DNA of 53,281 nucleotides, counting the filler, from Streblomastix strix (taxonomy: Eukaryota), in NCBI GenBank assembly GCA_008636045.1. It is 2 parts of 2 records of this genome, joined end to end, with 100 filler letters (N's around TTAATTAATTAA, not from the genome) between each part and the next. Parts side by side here need not be neighbours in the genome. Positions count along the whole stretch, not along the records: positions 26,701 to 53,281 come from SNRW01000162.1; 1 more part is not named here. One strand, given 5' to 3'. This document shows, in pieces, positions 40,018-53,281 of this stretch. Under the pieces are notes generated by a model. It was not told the DNA's origin. It saw only the letters and a program-made list of their open reading frames with translations, and ran no database searches. The translations under genes and the position numbers were made by a program. Each line of letters begins with the position of its first letter. Positions within the stretch are counted from its first letter, which is position 1.

Positions 40018-40867
40018 CAAATTATGAGAAATGTGTATAAGTTAATTGACTGTTTAGGATTCCTTTTTGAGACATTTATTTGAACTCTGACACTCTATTT
40101 CTTCAAAGATAAAGAAAATATATGAAAAATTGTAAATTAAATGAAAAAATATATAAGTTTGAAGAATTATTACATGTATTAAAAGATTACATTTTCCAAA
40201 GGCTATTTGGCGAAGATTTTAAAATTATTTTTGGACTAAGTTGGATCTTTCTAATAATACATATTTTTCTACTAGATATTGTTATTTATTTGAAGGAATA
40301 ATTATTTTAACTTGAATATATATAATCACGGATAAGATAATATATGACGGTTGCTATTCGAGACTGTTTGTTTTGATTGAATTAGTTCTCAGCGTACAAT
40401 GAATAAACTTAGTAAATAGTATAAAAATATTTTTAAAATAATTAATTTTATTTAAAAAACAATAAAATAAAAGGTAATAAAAGCAATACCAACGAGATCT
40501 GATGCTTCAAATTTTATTCCACAAGGAAAACTAATTTCATTTTAAAAAATATTATTTTTAATTGTATAATTATTATTATGTCAATTTATAGAATCAAAAT
40601 TAAAAATTTATTCTTTTTTTATAAAAAAAGATCTGTTTAATTCAAGCAATAATAACTGCTTAGATTCTTCAATTTGTAAACATCTTTTGATTCATAATTG
40701 CATAAGTATAACATTAATGCTTCTTCTTATTAAAGCGCTTTTAATAATTTAATATTTACACTATTAATTTTACTATTCATATTCAACAAAATAAAAAAAA
40801 TTTAAAATTAAAATTGTTCTGAGTAATAAAAATTGAATTTTAAAATATTATTCGTGTATTTTCATAT

Positions 40868-43007
40868 TCATTCAGTATTTAATTATTCTTAATTGAGATG
40901 TTTATTAAGTTCAGTAATCATATGAATACAAACAATACCAAAAGTTCTAATTTCCTATTAAGCGCTTTTATGTTCAATATTTCCATCTATTGTTTTTTCT
41001 TATCTTTCTTCCTTGTTCTATAAATCTATTTTATTCTACGTTTCAATTTGCTATCCTTTTTCATAAATCATCAACTAAACTATACGATTAACATACTCAA
41101 TAGTTCTTTTCAAATCATTCATTTTTTCATTCATATTTTATTCTTATAGTTGTTTTTGATTATTTATTATTTTTCTGTCTTTGTTTTCAATTCTAGCTTC
41201 ATTAATGATATTAAATTATTCTACATCTGAATAAGCAAATGAAATCAATTCACTTTTTGAAGCTTCATATTCTTCTTTCTTGTTTCCTATCAATGAATAA
41301 GTTGGAAGTCTAATATACTTTTTAATCTGTTAATTTTCTTTGTTTTATTTTTTAAATTTATCTATTTATTGTAGATTAATATTTTAAATTGATGAAAAAT
41401 TAATATTTCTTCTAATTTTCTCTTTAATAAAACTTATTTCTTTATTTTACTCATCAATATCCATTAACCAATATAATTCATTCAGAGCTTTCTAAATATT
41501 CTATGCAGATTGACTATATACATTATTAATTGAGTTACAATCATTTTCTCTAAGTCTTAAAAGCTCTTTTAATTCAATAAAGCATCTGTTCGATACAGAA
41601 TTGATATCAGATTGATGATAAATGTTGAGCTTTTGAAGTATCACAGGGAAATAATGAATAATTTCTTATATTGATAATTTTTTATTTTCTTATTCTTATT
41701 ATATATTTTTATCAATATTTAACTCTATGCAATTCATGGTGTGTTATTCGATCAATTATTCAGTAACTTCTTCTATACTGCTTTTCTTTTCTTCTTCGTT
41801 TTCATCATTTATTTCTTCAATTAATATTTTCTTATTTATCTGTTTCTTATTATCAATTCCATTTTCAATACCATTATCAAATTAATCACTATTATCATCT
41901 AAAGACAATTTTATTGGGTTGATTGAGAAATCATATTCTTCTTCATCCTTATCAGAATAAGATTAAATTTCATAACTTTTTGTTGGAAGGTGAATTATGT
42001 TTGGTTTATGAATAACACTATTCTAAGTCTAATCTTATGAATTATTTTCTTTATAATCTCTAATTTTAGTATAATCATTATTCATTAAAAGTTATAATGC
42101 TGCATTCCGAGCTTTTTACTTTCTTTATACCCTCTCATATTCATGTAAATAATCTTTTATTCTCATTTCTTATGTGCAATTTTCATCATTTTCATTTATT
42201 ACTTTGAATCTTATTTATTGTAGAATTAAATTATCAATTTCAATTTTATTATTTACTGGATTTTCTTTATATTGGGTTTTTATTGCAGAATTCATTTATG
42301 ATTCAGGTAGCGTAAATTATGTATTTTCTATACTTGTGAAAATATCATCTCCGAAAGAAATTGATATGAAGATGTAGATTAGTAACATCTTACATAGTTC
42401 AGATGTTAAAATTGCTTCATTATTTATTTATGAGTTTGTTTCAGAGATGATATTGAGTTATGAAAATGAATGTAAATCTAAGAATAAATGTTAAGGATGC
42501 ATTAAATGGTCAAGTTCAATTATTTCTTAAATTAGTTTATTCTGAAAAATATTATGAAAAATTATTTACAAAGATAAAAGTAAAATTATACAAATAAAAT
42601 TCAGCATACTTTTCCATACCACCAAGGTATTCTGCTTTTCTCCAAATATCTTATTGATTAATTCTATGTATCTATAACAAATTTTTAATTTCCCAAAGTT
42701 GTACTTTTAGACTATTGAAGAAATTTCGAAAAAACTAATATTTAAAATAAATATTTTTAAAAATAATATTATTTCAGATATTATCCATATAAAAACATAA
42801 AAAATATTATTATTACAAAATTAAATATGAATAGTGAAAAGTATACATTCAAAATTTTCATCTAATGATGGTACAATATTGAACAGGTCACTATTTAAAG
42901 ATTTAATGGAAAAAAAAGAAAAAAAAGTTAGACCTCATTACGCTTTGATGCACCTGACTGTGTATTATAATATCAGATAATTCAGTGTCAATAGATTCTG
43001 ATGACAT
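40868..43007 (-). CDS. Hypothetical coiled-coil-rich protein, at least 4 exons
   Basis: MSSESIDTELSDIIIHSQVHQSVMS|DLFNIVPSLDENFE|FFSKFLQ...PWWYGK|NKLIQEIIELDHLMHP..., joined through in-phase GT-AG introns. Long E/K/Q-rich last exon ending at TGA 40868. Confidence 0.55.
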
Positions 43008-44100
43008 CACTATAAATATAAATCAAATAATAATAAAGTATAATAAATTGGGATAAATTTAATAAAACTGAAGAAAAAGTAGAAAAATAGTGAAAAAGCG
43101 TAAATTAGACAGTATTTATCTATATAAATTATTAAATTTGCATTAAAAAAATAGTAAAAAGAATAAAATATATTAAAAATTAAAAAATTAGATTATAAGT
43201 CATGGTTTCTCCCAATTTAATACGAGTTCTTGAGATAAAAATTCAAATGCTAATAAAAATATGATTTAGAGAAAAAAATAATAATAAATATATAATTTAT
43301 ATTTATAGAACATAATAGTTTACCATATATTAAAAAAATTGGATTATTAACAAAAAGATGTGCATAAATATTATTTTTATAATTTTATTGCTTAATTTAA
43401 CTTAGATAAAGTTTAAATGGCTCAATATTAATCATCAAAAATTATTAATAAATATTTTAAAAAATATTTGATGAATAATGAATGAAATGTCTGAAGCAAG
43501 AAAGCAAATTTACGACGGATTTTCTACAGCAATACCTACCATTGGACTAGATTACTACAAAATAATATAATAAATTTATCATTATCTCTATATTTTGCAT
43601 GTTAAATAAAATATTATCATGGTATACAAGCTTTAAAATGTATATTATATTTTTTTTACACAAAATGTTTTAATTCTCTTGTTATAAAATATTTTTTTTT
43701 TAAAATTGAATATTATATTAATAACTTTAATGTTTAATTATTTTTCATTTATTATTAATATATTTTTCAATTTGAATTCTAAAGATTATTCAATAATTTA
43801 CAGAATTTTCATCATTTTTAGATTTATGTATATATTGCACATTAATTTGTTATTCTAATCGCATATAAACATGTAAAAGTTCACATGCATATTAATTTCA
43901 ACATAATAATTAACATTAAATAACTTAATATCATTATTTAAAAATTTTTTTTTATAAATTATTTTCTTTTTGAAAATAAATATCATAGCCTGTAGATAAA
44001 TCATTTTGAAGATAAATACGATCCATGTTTGGAATTTATGGTTTACATGTTATTTTTTAATTTGAATAATTAATGATATTATTTTTGTTCTATTATTATT

Positions 44101-44847
44101 TCTATATATACTACAAATTAATAATTGGATTAATAAGATTAATAAATTTAAGATCTTACAACAGATTTAATTTCATTAGCATAATAATATGAACTAAATA
44201 AGAAATAAAATTTGAACGAATAAAACCATTAATAATAATCTAATTCTTCCATTTCTCTATCAAAAGTTTTTTCTTCTATTGATATCCTAATAAATCAAAT
44301 CAAGAATTATTGTAAAAAAATAATATAAATTCCAAATCTTCTTCAATCTCTCGCTATACTTATTAGTTATAAACGCAAATTGAGCATCAACAAAGAAGAA
44401 GATTAATAGTGCCTTCTGCTTAGAGGTATATATAGAAATTGTCTTTCGTTGATTCATTGTTATGGTGATGAATCAGACCAATATGAACTTGTGGGTATCA
44501 GATATTCTAGAGTGGTGGCCATTTCCATTAGTACTGCAGGTGGATCTGGTGAAGAATAAGATCATGAGATCTGGAATGGGCTGATTTGCATCGCCAATTT
44601 CCTCAGTTAACTTCGTCAAGGAAGAAATTATCACCCATTTTATCCATCCTTCCCACCACAACCAGAACTTGCTTATGGATCAGAAGAGTAATTTGAGGAA
44701 GAAGGAGGAAATGAAGAAGTTGAATCATAATTATTTAATAAAGGATAGAATGGTAGAATAATGGATGAAGCAACCAGGACTATAGGATGGAAATTGAGCT
44801 ACTTTATTGACAGTAGCAACAATAGACCATTTTGGTATTATTTGTGA
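44101..44847 (+). CDS. Member of the uncharacterised multicopy family (paralog of 52291-52974); start codon not located
   Basis: IPNLLQSLAILISYK...CLSLIHCYGDESDQYELV...SISTAGGSGEEQDHEIWNGL...PSFPPQP...SEEQFEEEGGNEEVESQLFNKG; TGA at 44845. Confidence 0.7.
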
Positions 44848-45017
44848 GTTTTATCATTTTCACACTTGCATACTAATTTGTTGTGTAAATAAATAAGTCA
44901 AATTAAGGTTAAAATGATTGACAATTTATTTATTTATTTATTTGAATTTCGACAATTTTATTTTTAATTATTTGTGTAATAAATGAAATGCAGTTCAAAA
45001 CATATCTTGTATTTGTT

Positions 45018-48000
45018 TCATTTCTATTATAAACCATAAAGCACTTTGGCAGCTATAGCAATTTCACTGTTCCTATTGCATGATAATTACTTTAAAAGAA
45101 TAGATGAAATGTTTTATTCAATTTAAGCTTTAGTTTCTTTTGATCCACGTTTAACAAGTATAAGAACAAGATGTAACGCTTAAATGCATGCTTTTTCTTG
45201 ACTTTTGTTTCTCATATGTTGGACAATTTCTTTTGCAAAGTCGTTGGACAAAATAAATCTATGATTGTCTACAATAAATATATAATAAAAAATGAATATT
45301 CAATACAAGTTAATAAAATGTTAATATAAACATTCAAATTTTGCAAGTCCAGAGATTGCTAATAGTGATCTACAACTTATTTTTTCGTCAATGCTTTATT
45401 AGAGAATTTTCAGACGGTCAATAATAGAAACACTGTATTCTTATGGCATTGGATATGCTTTGAAGTGGAAGGCAGTTGCAAGTGCAATATTATCTTTAGC
45501 ATTACTAGAAATACCTTCTTTTCTATAAAATTCAACAAGTTATTAAATTATTCCAGCTTTTTCAATTTCATTTCTGAATATATTTATTTATCCAACTTTT
45601 AGATTCGCAGTTCCAGATTGAATAAGTCTTTCAATTATTTCAGATACGCTTACAATTACTTTTTGATCTTAACTATTCAAATGTTTAATAACTATTTTCA
45701 CAACTCCTCTTCTAAATAATTCTTATAATTAATCATCTAAACATTCATTCGCAATCACACGCATCGATTCAATCTGATTAAAAAATGCTTCATTTGTTTA
45801 TGATTATTCAATGATAATTATCAATTAATCAATAACGCCTCCTTTATTCATATATTATGGAACCAATTGAGGATTTCCTTCAATAAGCAAAGAAATTACT
45901 TAACAAATGGGATCGGAAACAGCTGCCATTCCATCTTCATGTTTATTAATTCTAATCAATATTTGACAGATTTCCTATAAACATCCTTATTCTGCAATAA
46001 ATCCTCTTTCTTCAGAACTTTTATCGGTCAACTGTTGGATTAATGTTGCAATGTAATTCATTACACCTTAATGCATAATCCATGATATTATCTCGTTTGA
46101 ATTCATTCGGACTTAATAATCGGTATGCTTTGCCAGTTATATAATGATGTTCATTGGAATAAGCTATTTTACTGCATTACGTGTTTCTTAAGTTCCAAAT
46201 ATGAAAAGTTGCTTAAGAATTTATGTGCATCTGATTTTATTGCCTTTATTTTGACTGATATTTAAAAAAATAAATAAAGGAAGAAATTTACTTATTCTCA
46301 ATATTTAATTATTAATGCAAACTTAATTAGACTCAAAATATCAGAAATGATGTTTGAAGACAATAACATAGGATGATTTTCTGAATTTTCATATAAAATT
46401 AATATATATTAATATATTTAATAAAAATTTTTGATTATATTTCAAATAAAATATAAAATAATTATAATAAACAACTAAATAATAAACCTTTGCATTACAC
46501 AAGTCCACCAATTGAAAACAATAAACTGCCATTTGATTAGTATTCAGAATTGGAAAGCATCTCTTTCAAGCCATTAATGACATCTGATCTGATATCTAAA
46601 GGAAGTGGAGCGGCTCTGAAAATAAATCCTAAATTTAATATTGCTTATTTATTAATGTTCTTATCTTTATAACTATTATTTTTCAATATTCTTGTTAATC
46701 TATTGATTGTTCCATCTTCTTTAAATTGCTTCAAGCAACTAATTGGATATCCTGGTCTAGAGACATTTCTATGATAATTAACAATACTCTATATAACAAG
46801 TAAGCATTTATTGATGATTTATTCATTTTAGCTTTCAAATATTCTGTTCATAACTCCAATAATTCCTTTTTCAAATAAATATTGGTTTAGATCTCTGTAG
46901 GTAGAAACAATATTAGAAAGTGGATATAAATGATTGATATTGAGTTTATTTAGAGGAATTGTGCTTAGAAATATAATCATAACATTAATAAACTCTTTCT
47001 CTTCTTATGATAATTACATCTATGGTTAGTTCCATATAAGAATAGATGAAGCGACTTAAAATGCTTTGATTACTGCAAATTCTGTTTTGATATTTCCATC
47101 TTTCCCATGATCTATAATATTACAGACATTTTTCAATACATCTTGTTTAATAATTGTTGTTTGATATTCCAGTGGGTTGTTTATTGTTCCATTAATAATA
47201 TTATTGAATTTTTCCATGTCTTCCTTATATGATATCCATGATAATAATTCTTTGGCAGTTTTAGATTCAGATTCATTTTAATTTTATGCGATTATCAATA
47301 ATTCATCAAAATTAACGTTGTTTTGAATGGAAGTACGAACATCTTGATCTGCAAAATTTGCAAGATTCAAAAGAAATTAAAGTGCATTCTTTCTCAAATC
47401 TTGAATATCAGATCTATTATTCATTAATTAAATAAATAAAAAATAAAAGGGAGTAATTAAAAAATAAAAGGGAGCAAATAAAATTAATAAGTTACTGAAA
47501 GAAAATAATTTTTTTAATGCAAAAATATATAACATTAATTACCTTAGAAATTGAGGTATTTGTTGTAGGAATTCATTTTAAAGAATGAGTGAATGATTTT
47601 CTGATAAAAATATATAACAATTTAATAGAATATAAAAAATATTTAATTAGATTTTTTCTAAATTTTTAAATATGTATAATAATATTATTAACAAATTTTA
47701 TCAAACATTTACATCTTGCAACTGTTGACAGAGCTGATAATGAATCTTGTTATAATTATTCCTCATTGCCTATTAATTATTTTACAATATCTTTCAGATG
47801 AGTAACAACAATATTCATGAATTCAGGAAGTACAACCCCATTATGTACCCAACCAATTGTCAAAGCAGCATATGTTTTTACTTATTAAGTTATGCCTTTA
47901 ACAAATCCATCTTCAAATAATTATTTTATAAACCCAGCTTCATATAGAGCAGATTTCATAGGAATAAGATTAATTTATTAATAAAAGTTGCTTTCTTTGA

Positions 48001-49759
48001 AAGCAATGTTTTTGAGTATTTATGATGTTATTTCAGCTACTTCTTATGATCTACTCTTCAAATTCCTGATGATTAATTGTGGAACATGAATAGCAATTAT
48101 TTATTTGATTAATGAATCTGGACAAAGCATTGAGAATAAATTCAGAGATTTCATATGAACAGGTTAAACTGATTCTATTGGCAATGTTTTTCCAATCAGA
48201 AATTGGAGCTCTCTTATTATTTCTATATTCCATGCATCGTCAGGAATTGCATAATCAGATAATATAGAATTTATAACATCGCAAATATCAAGACTTAAAA
48301 TAACAGTATAAATAATAGGTTGATTACGAGTCCATTTCAGAATTTAAGTGAGTTCTTCTAAGATTCCTTTCAATTTTGGAATAGTGCTTGGATCATATAT
48401 ATTATCAGATATTTCCATTTTAAGGACATCAACTCTATTAATGAATTGATCATATTATTAGTTACTTTGAGGAAGTACTGGAATAATTTCATTATAAATA
48501 GCAGATGATTGATCAGACAATAATGAAGATAAGTTGGTGCTCAATGAAGAAGAAATATCCGAAACATATAAAGTAGATAGTTATTATGAATTTGAATTTT
48601 CTCTTTGATCGATTGGATTAGTTAGGTTGAATGACGATATAAATGACCTAGAAAGTGATTATGATAAAGTTGCATATTTCTACTTCTACTGTTCAACACA
48701 TGCTGCAATCTCTGGTATGTTAAGAATATCATCTGCATTTGGTCGTTATGCGGCATCCTGTGTTTTATAAAGTGAATTAATAAGCAAAATAATATAGAAA
48801 CAAACTTTGTTTAGAAGAGAGAGTATTAAATTTTTTGCAGATTCATTTTTCAAATTTACGAAAGGAGCAGGATCTTGATTTGTTATGGATTAGACGAGAT
48901 TTATTTCGCTTTTTGTATCAAAAGGATGCCGTTATTCAACAAGAATATATAAGAGTATGCCAATGCTCCATAAATCTACTTTCTCTGTGTAACTATAAAT
49001 TGAAAATTATTATTAAAATTTAATTAATTCAAAAACAATATAATTATACGTCCAATTCTATAACATTTCAGGAGATAAGAAAGATCTGGTGCCAGCAACA
49101 GTATGCGCATAATTTTACTCATCTAATATCTTCGATATTCCAAAATCACCAATTTTCAGTCGACTATTATCTGAAAAAAAATTTAAGAAATTTTATTCTA
49201 TAATAAATAATTAATTTATCATACTAGATAGAAATATATTGGCTGGTTTTAAATCCCTATGTAAAATCTATTTGCTGTGAATGAATGAAATACCAGATGC
49301 TAGCTGTGCGGCGAATTCAAAAAATATCTATTAAAAAGTATAAAAATTGAAGAATTTTAATTATCATTCAGCATTCATACTTCATCTGTTACAACTTTAT
49401 GTTCCTTCTGTAAATTATCAATGAATTATTAAAGATCGCCCTTCTCACAATATTCCATCACAATGTTGATTGTATTTTCTTTAATAAAATATCCGTAACA
49501 GCGAACAACAAACTCGCTCTTTAGTGACTTCATTATCTTTATTTCGTTTTTGGCTGTTTCCAACTCAGAATCATTTTTGAATGTAATAGTTTTCACTGCA
49601 ACTTATTTTTATGAGCGCAAATGGCGAAATATTCCTGCGCGTCCAAAAGCCCCATGACCGAGATCTTTGACTTCCACAACTATAGTTTGGAAAAATATTG
49701 TGCAATTAAATTGAAAAATTAAAAAATTAAGAAGGAATACAATGCGACTCGTCAAGCAT
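45018..49759 (-). CDS. NEK-like Ser/Thr protein kinase with long ARM/HEAT-like repeat C-terminus, multi-intron
   Basis: LGHGAFG, VAVK, IVMEYCEKGDL, ILHRDLKPANIFL, LKIGDFGISK, AGTRSFLSPE, VDLWSIG and QRPNADDIL. Helical repeats (e.g. AALTIGWVH, ALATAFHFK) continue to TGA 45018. Confidence 0.85.
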
Positions 49760-50040
49760 TTACTAAAATAAAAATTCCATAATTTTTTTTACTGCTATTT
49801 GATATTATGAGTAAATTTTTTTAAAATTTTATTTTAAAATTAATTTATATTCAAATTAATATATTGTTAAAATTTTTAGAATGAAAAAATATTTTTAAAA
49901 AAATAAAATGTACAAAGAAATATTTTTCCTATTATAAATGAATGTAGAGGTAGTTAAATTTCTATCCCTTTTCATTTATATATTAATTTGCACTGTGAAA
50001 AGCCTTTGGAACACTATTTTGTTAATTTTTATCTATTTCT

Positions 50041-51469
50041 TCATGCAAATACATCAAATCCAAACATTTTGGGGATATCAAGAACTCTTTACTTTCTGTC
50101 CAACATCGCAATCTCTGCAAAATCATCAGCATCTAATTCAAAATCAAATACTTCAAAATTCTCCTATAATTAGATATAATAATACAAAATAAATTGATAT
50201 ATTAATAAATAAGTTAAAATAATATAATAATACTTTTATCCTCACAGGTGTGACAGTCTTTGGAAGAACTGAGATATTCGAATTTCGTTAGAATCCCCAA
50301 CGAACCAATATCTATGGAAAATAATGCAGATAATATTATTATAAATATATCAATAAAGAATAAAATATAATGGATAATAATCATATTTATTAATTATATA
50401 TTTTTAATAATAATACTTATGCAATTGATTTCATGTGCTTTGCTGCTATTTTAATTAATACTGGATCAGTAAATGGATCAATTTCCCCAACTTTCCCTCC
50501 TTTCAAAAGAGGAGAATATACAGTTACCTTATAAATATAAGATATAAATAATAAATGATTAATAATATTAACAATAAAAATAATTTAATAAATATTTATA
50601 TTACAGTTAATAATATTAACAATAACAAAAATTTCATAAATATTAATAAAATTTTAACTATTGTTAATATTTGTGACTTTATTATACAAACATGAATTCC
50701 TTTCTTTTGGCAGAAATCAATCAGTCCATTCTGCTGGTTATATGGATGCAATTCAACCTTTATAAATATAATTAATTAAATATAAAATATGAAATTAATA
50801 GAAACTTGATTTTTTTCCATTATAAATACCTGATTATCTTCTGGTTTGATCTTAGCAGCAGCATACAGATCATTCAAGAGTTGGACATTGAAATTTGATA
50901 CTCCGATATGCTTTGCAAGTCTCGCTTCTTTAATCTTCTCCATCTATCAAAATAATTTAATAAAATAATTAAATTCTATTTAATACTAATTATCTTACCA
51001 AATTGGATGATGTATGAGAAAGAGATCAAGAAAATTTAATTATAAATCTTTGAGAGTTTAATAAAGCTCGGGTAAAACTACTTTTCCATGATGATGAGGT
51101 CCTGATAGCTATAAATGGAAAATATTATAAATGAATAAACAATATTTAGTAATAATAATTAATTATTAGAAAAATTCATTAAATATCAACCTTAGAAGTC
51201 ATAAAAAGATCTTCGCGTTTGTATTTCCCAGATGCAAACGCTTCAGTAAAAGCAACACCTATCTCTTTCTGGTTCTCGTAAGAAGAGGCAAGATCAAAAT
51301 ATCTATAACAAATTTCTAGCGCAATTTTTATTGCCCTAATAAAAGTAATATTCAGATATTTTATATAAATATAATTTGCAAACTATTCTACTACGTCTGG
51401 AGGAGATTTACATGTTCCAAATCCAACAGCTTAAAGAGGATTACCGTCTGCAAATTTTGTGAAAGCCAT
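50041..51469 (-). CDS. Aldo/keto reductase, multi-intron; possibly disrupted at 50944-51000
   Basis: VGFGT, FDLASSYENQKEIG, REDLFMTSK, LDLFLIHHP, IGVSNFN, NQVELHPY, VYSPL, VLPKTVTPVRIKENFEVFDFEL; TGA at 50041. Confidence 0.85.
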
Positions 51470-52290
51470 TCTGAATATAAATAAGAAATAAATGTATTAA
51501 CAACACAAAATGTTAAATAAAAAGCAATGTTAAAAAGAATATATATATTAAAAAGAAAAATATTAAATCCGTAACAGGAATATTTGCGATTTTTAGTTTT
51601 TGAATTCGTTAAGTTTATAAGAACAATAAATATTAAAAAAAAGATTGAATTTAAAATATATGGAATAATAGATGCAAAAAATATAATAATTCAATTATGG
51701 TTTGCACCTTATCGAGAGTGAAACGCTCTTTAAATTCCAAGTTTGAAACTCAATTTTGCCTAAATACTAAACATAAAAATAATAAAGACACAGTTATTTC
51801 ATTTATCATTTTAAAATTTTATTTAAATTTACATTCAATATTATTTAAAGTTGTTAAATGATACGCATTTATAATATTACAAAATGTGACTGAACGACAA
51901 AACATTACACTAAGTTTATATATGCTGACTAATGAATTTAATCTATATAACTATCTCTCAAAAAATATACTTATTTCTAATTATAATCATTTCTTAATTA
52001 CTCGTTCAAAATATTTCTCATAATATCACTTCTTACAAGTGCTACAAATAATTAAATATAATTTTTACAAGTTTTTATAAAACTTCAATATTTTGATCAC
52101 TTAATTTCATACAAGTTTCATCATAAATTTAATCATATTTATCAAGGAAAAAACGAGATTTTTTCCTTAAAAAAAAAGCTCTTCTCAGCCATTCCAATAT
52201 ATATTGCACACAAAATTTCCTACTTTTTATTATTTCTTTTATAAATTTTTATTTTTTTATTCTTTTTTTTTATAAAAGAATCCAGATAAA

Positions 52291-52974
52291 ATGCAACCAG
52301 AATAAGAATTCTATGAAACAGCAAGAGCCATAGTTTCCTTCACTGATTCATACACATAAAACAAACAAAAAATAGAAAAAGAATAGTCAGATTCTGAGTG
52401 CACAACTTCTCTTACTGCAATTGTTTCTAGTCTAGAATCCCTTTCATATAAAATCCAAAATAATGATTCCTGTAAATCAATGATTCAGATTCCAAAGCTT
52501 CTACAATCACTCTTTGCAATTTCATTATACAAAATCGGTACTCACATTGATGTAGATCGGCAGAGATTGGAAGTCAGAAGTTGGAGTAGATGGTGTCTTA
52601 GTTGGATTCAATAGTTTGGAGATGAATAAGTCCAAACAGAGCTTGTTAGATAAGGATATGGAAGAGTGATGTCTATTTCATTCTGCACAGCTGGAGGCAA
52701 AGGTGAAGAACAAGATAAGGAGATCTGGAATGTATTGCGTAGCATATTCTGGTCCCTCAGAGATCTATATATAGGGAGAAATGATTGGTAACCATCCTTC
52801 CAACCACTTCCATTACTTGGTCGAAGATCTGAAGAGCAAATAGAAGAAGAAGGAGCAAATGAAGAAATGGAAGCTTAAATGATAAATAATGGATTAGGTC
52901 GTGGTATCGATAATTGGGCAAACAAAGCGAAAGAAGTGATACAAAACCACTTCATTCACAAGCGTAAAATATGA
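52291..52974 (+). CDS. Member of the uncharacterised multicopy family (227 aa, intronless)
   Basis: MQPEQEFYETARAIVSF...IPKLLQSLFAISLYK...WCLSWIQQFGDEQVQTELV...SFCTAGGKGEEQDKEIWN...PSFQPLP...SEEQIEEEGANEEMEAQMINNG...WANKAK; ATG 52291 to TGA 52972. Confidence 0.8.
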
Positions 52975-53281
52975 CCAGTTTTGCATGTTCGGTTTTTTTT
53001 ATTTTTCATTTTTAAACAACAGTTATTCATTTCATACTAATTAGTAGTATCTGTTTTTTAATTATTTAATTTTATTGTAAATAAACTGTTATAATTATCC
53101 AATGTTTGTAAGAGATTGTAATTTTAATTTCGCAGCTGTTTTATTTACCGAATGTCATCAAAGATACACAAGAATTCAACAGCAGCAATGAATCATTTCT
53201 CTCCGATTATTTGTATCAGGATAACAACTTCAATAAGAAAATAGCTGAACTCATTCACATAAACTGCCCCGATTATCTCAA

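Noticed and set aside
44473..44661. Minus-strand 62-aa ORF from the track
   Set aside because: Antisense shadow of the plus-strand family gene at 44101-44847.
53152..53281. Possible gene start MSSKIHKNSTAAMNHFSPII at the window end
   Set aside because: Only ~43 codons visible and no recognisable motif.

Overview
AT-rich eukaryotic (protist) DNA with short GT-AG introns, read with TAA/TAG = Gln and TGA as the only stop. The supplied standard-code ORF track is therefore mostly fragments or wrong-frame artefacts. An oxymonad such as Streblomastix is my inference; ciliates and hexamitid diplomonads use the same code. Host genes: coatomer epsilon, a ~3,400-aa Trf4/PAPD5-type nucleotidyltransferase, a multi-TM protein ending in a hemerythrin domain, a NEK-like kinase with ARM repeats, an aldo/keto reductase, an unknown coiled-coil protein, and three copies of one uncharacterised family. 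The main find is a >13-kb endogenous Polinton/Maverick-like DNA virus at ~13.4-26.6 kb, written in the host's reassigned code. It carries a protein-primed PolB with an inserted HNH, an rve-type integrase with a DDD triad, phage-like fibre genes, a small amphipathic protein, and putative major and minor capsid genes. It is partly decayed and runs into an assembly spacer at 26601-26700. A degenerate DIRS-like RT/RNase H fragment follows the spacer. All translations were done by eye, so some start and splice coordinates are approximate.
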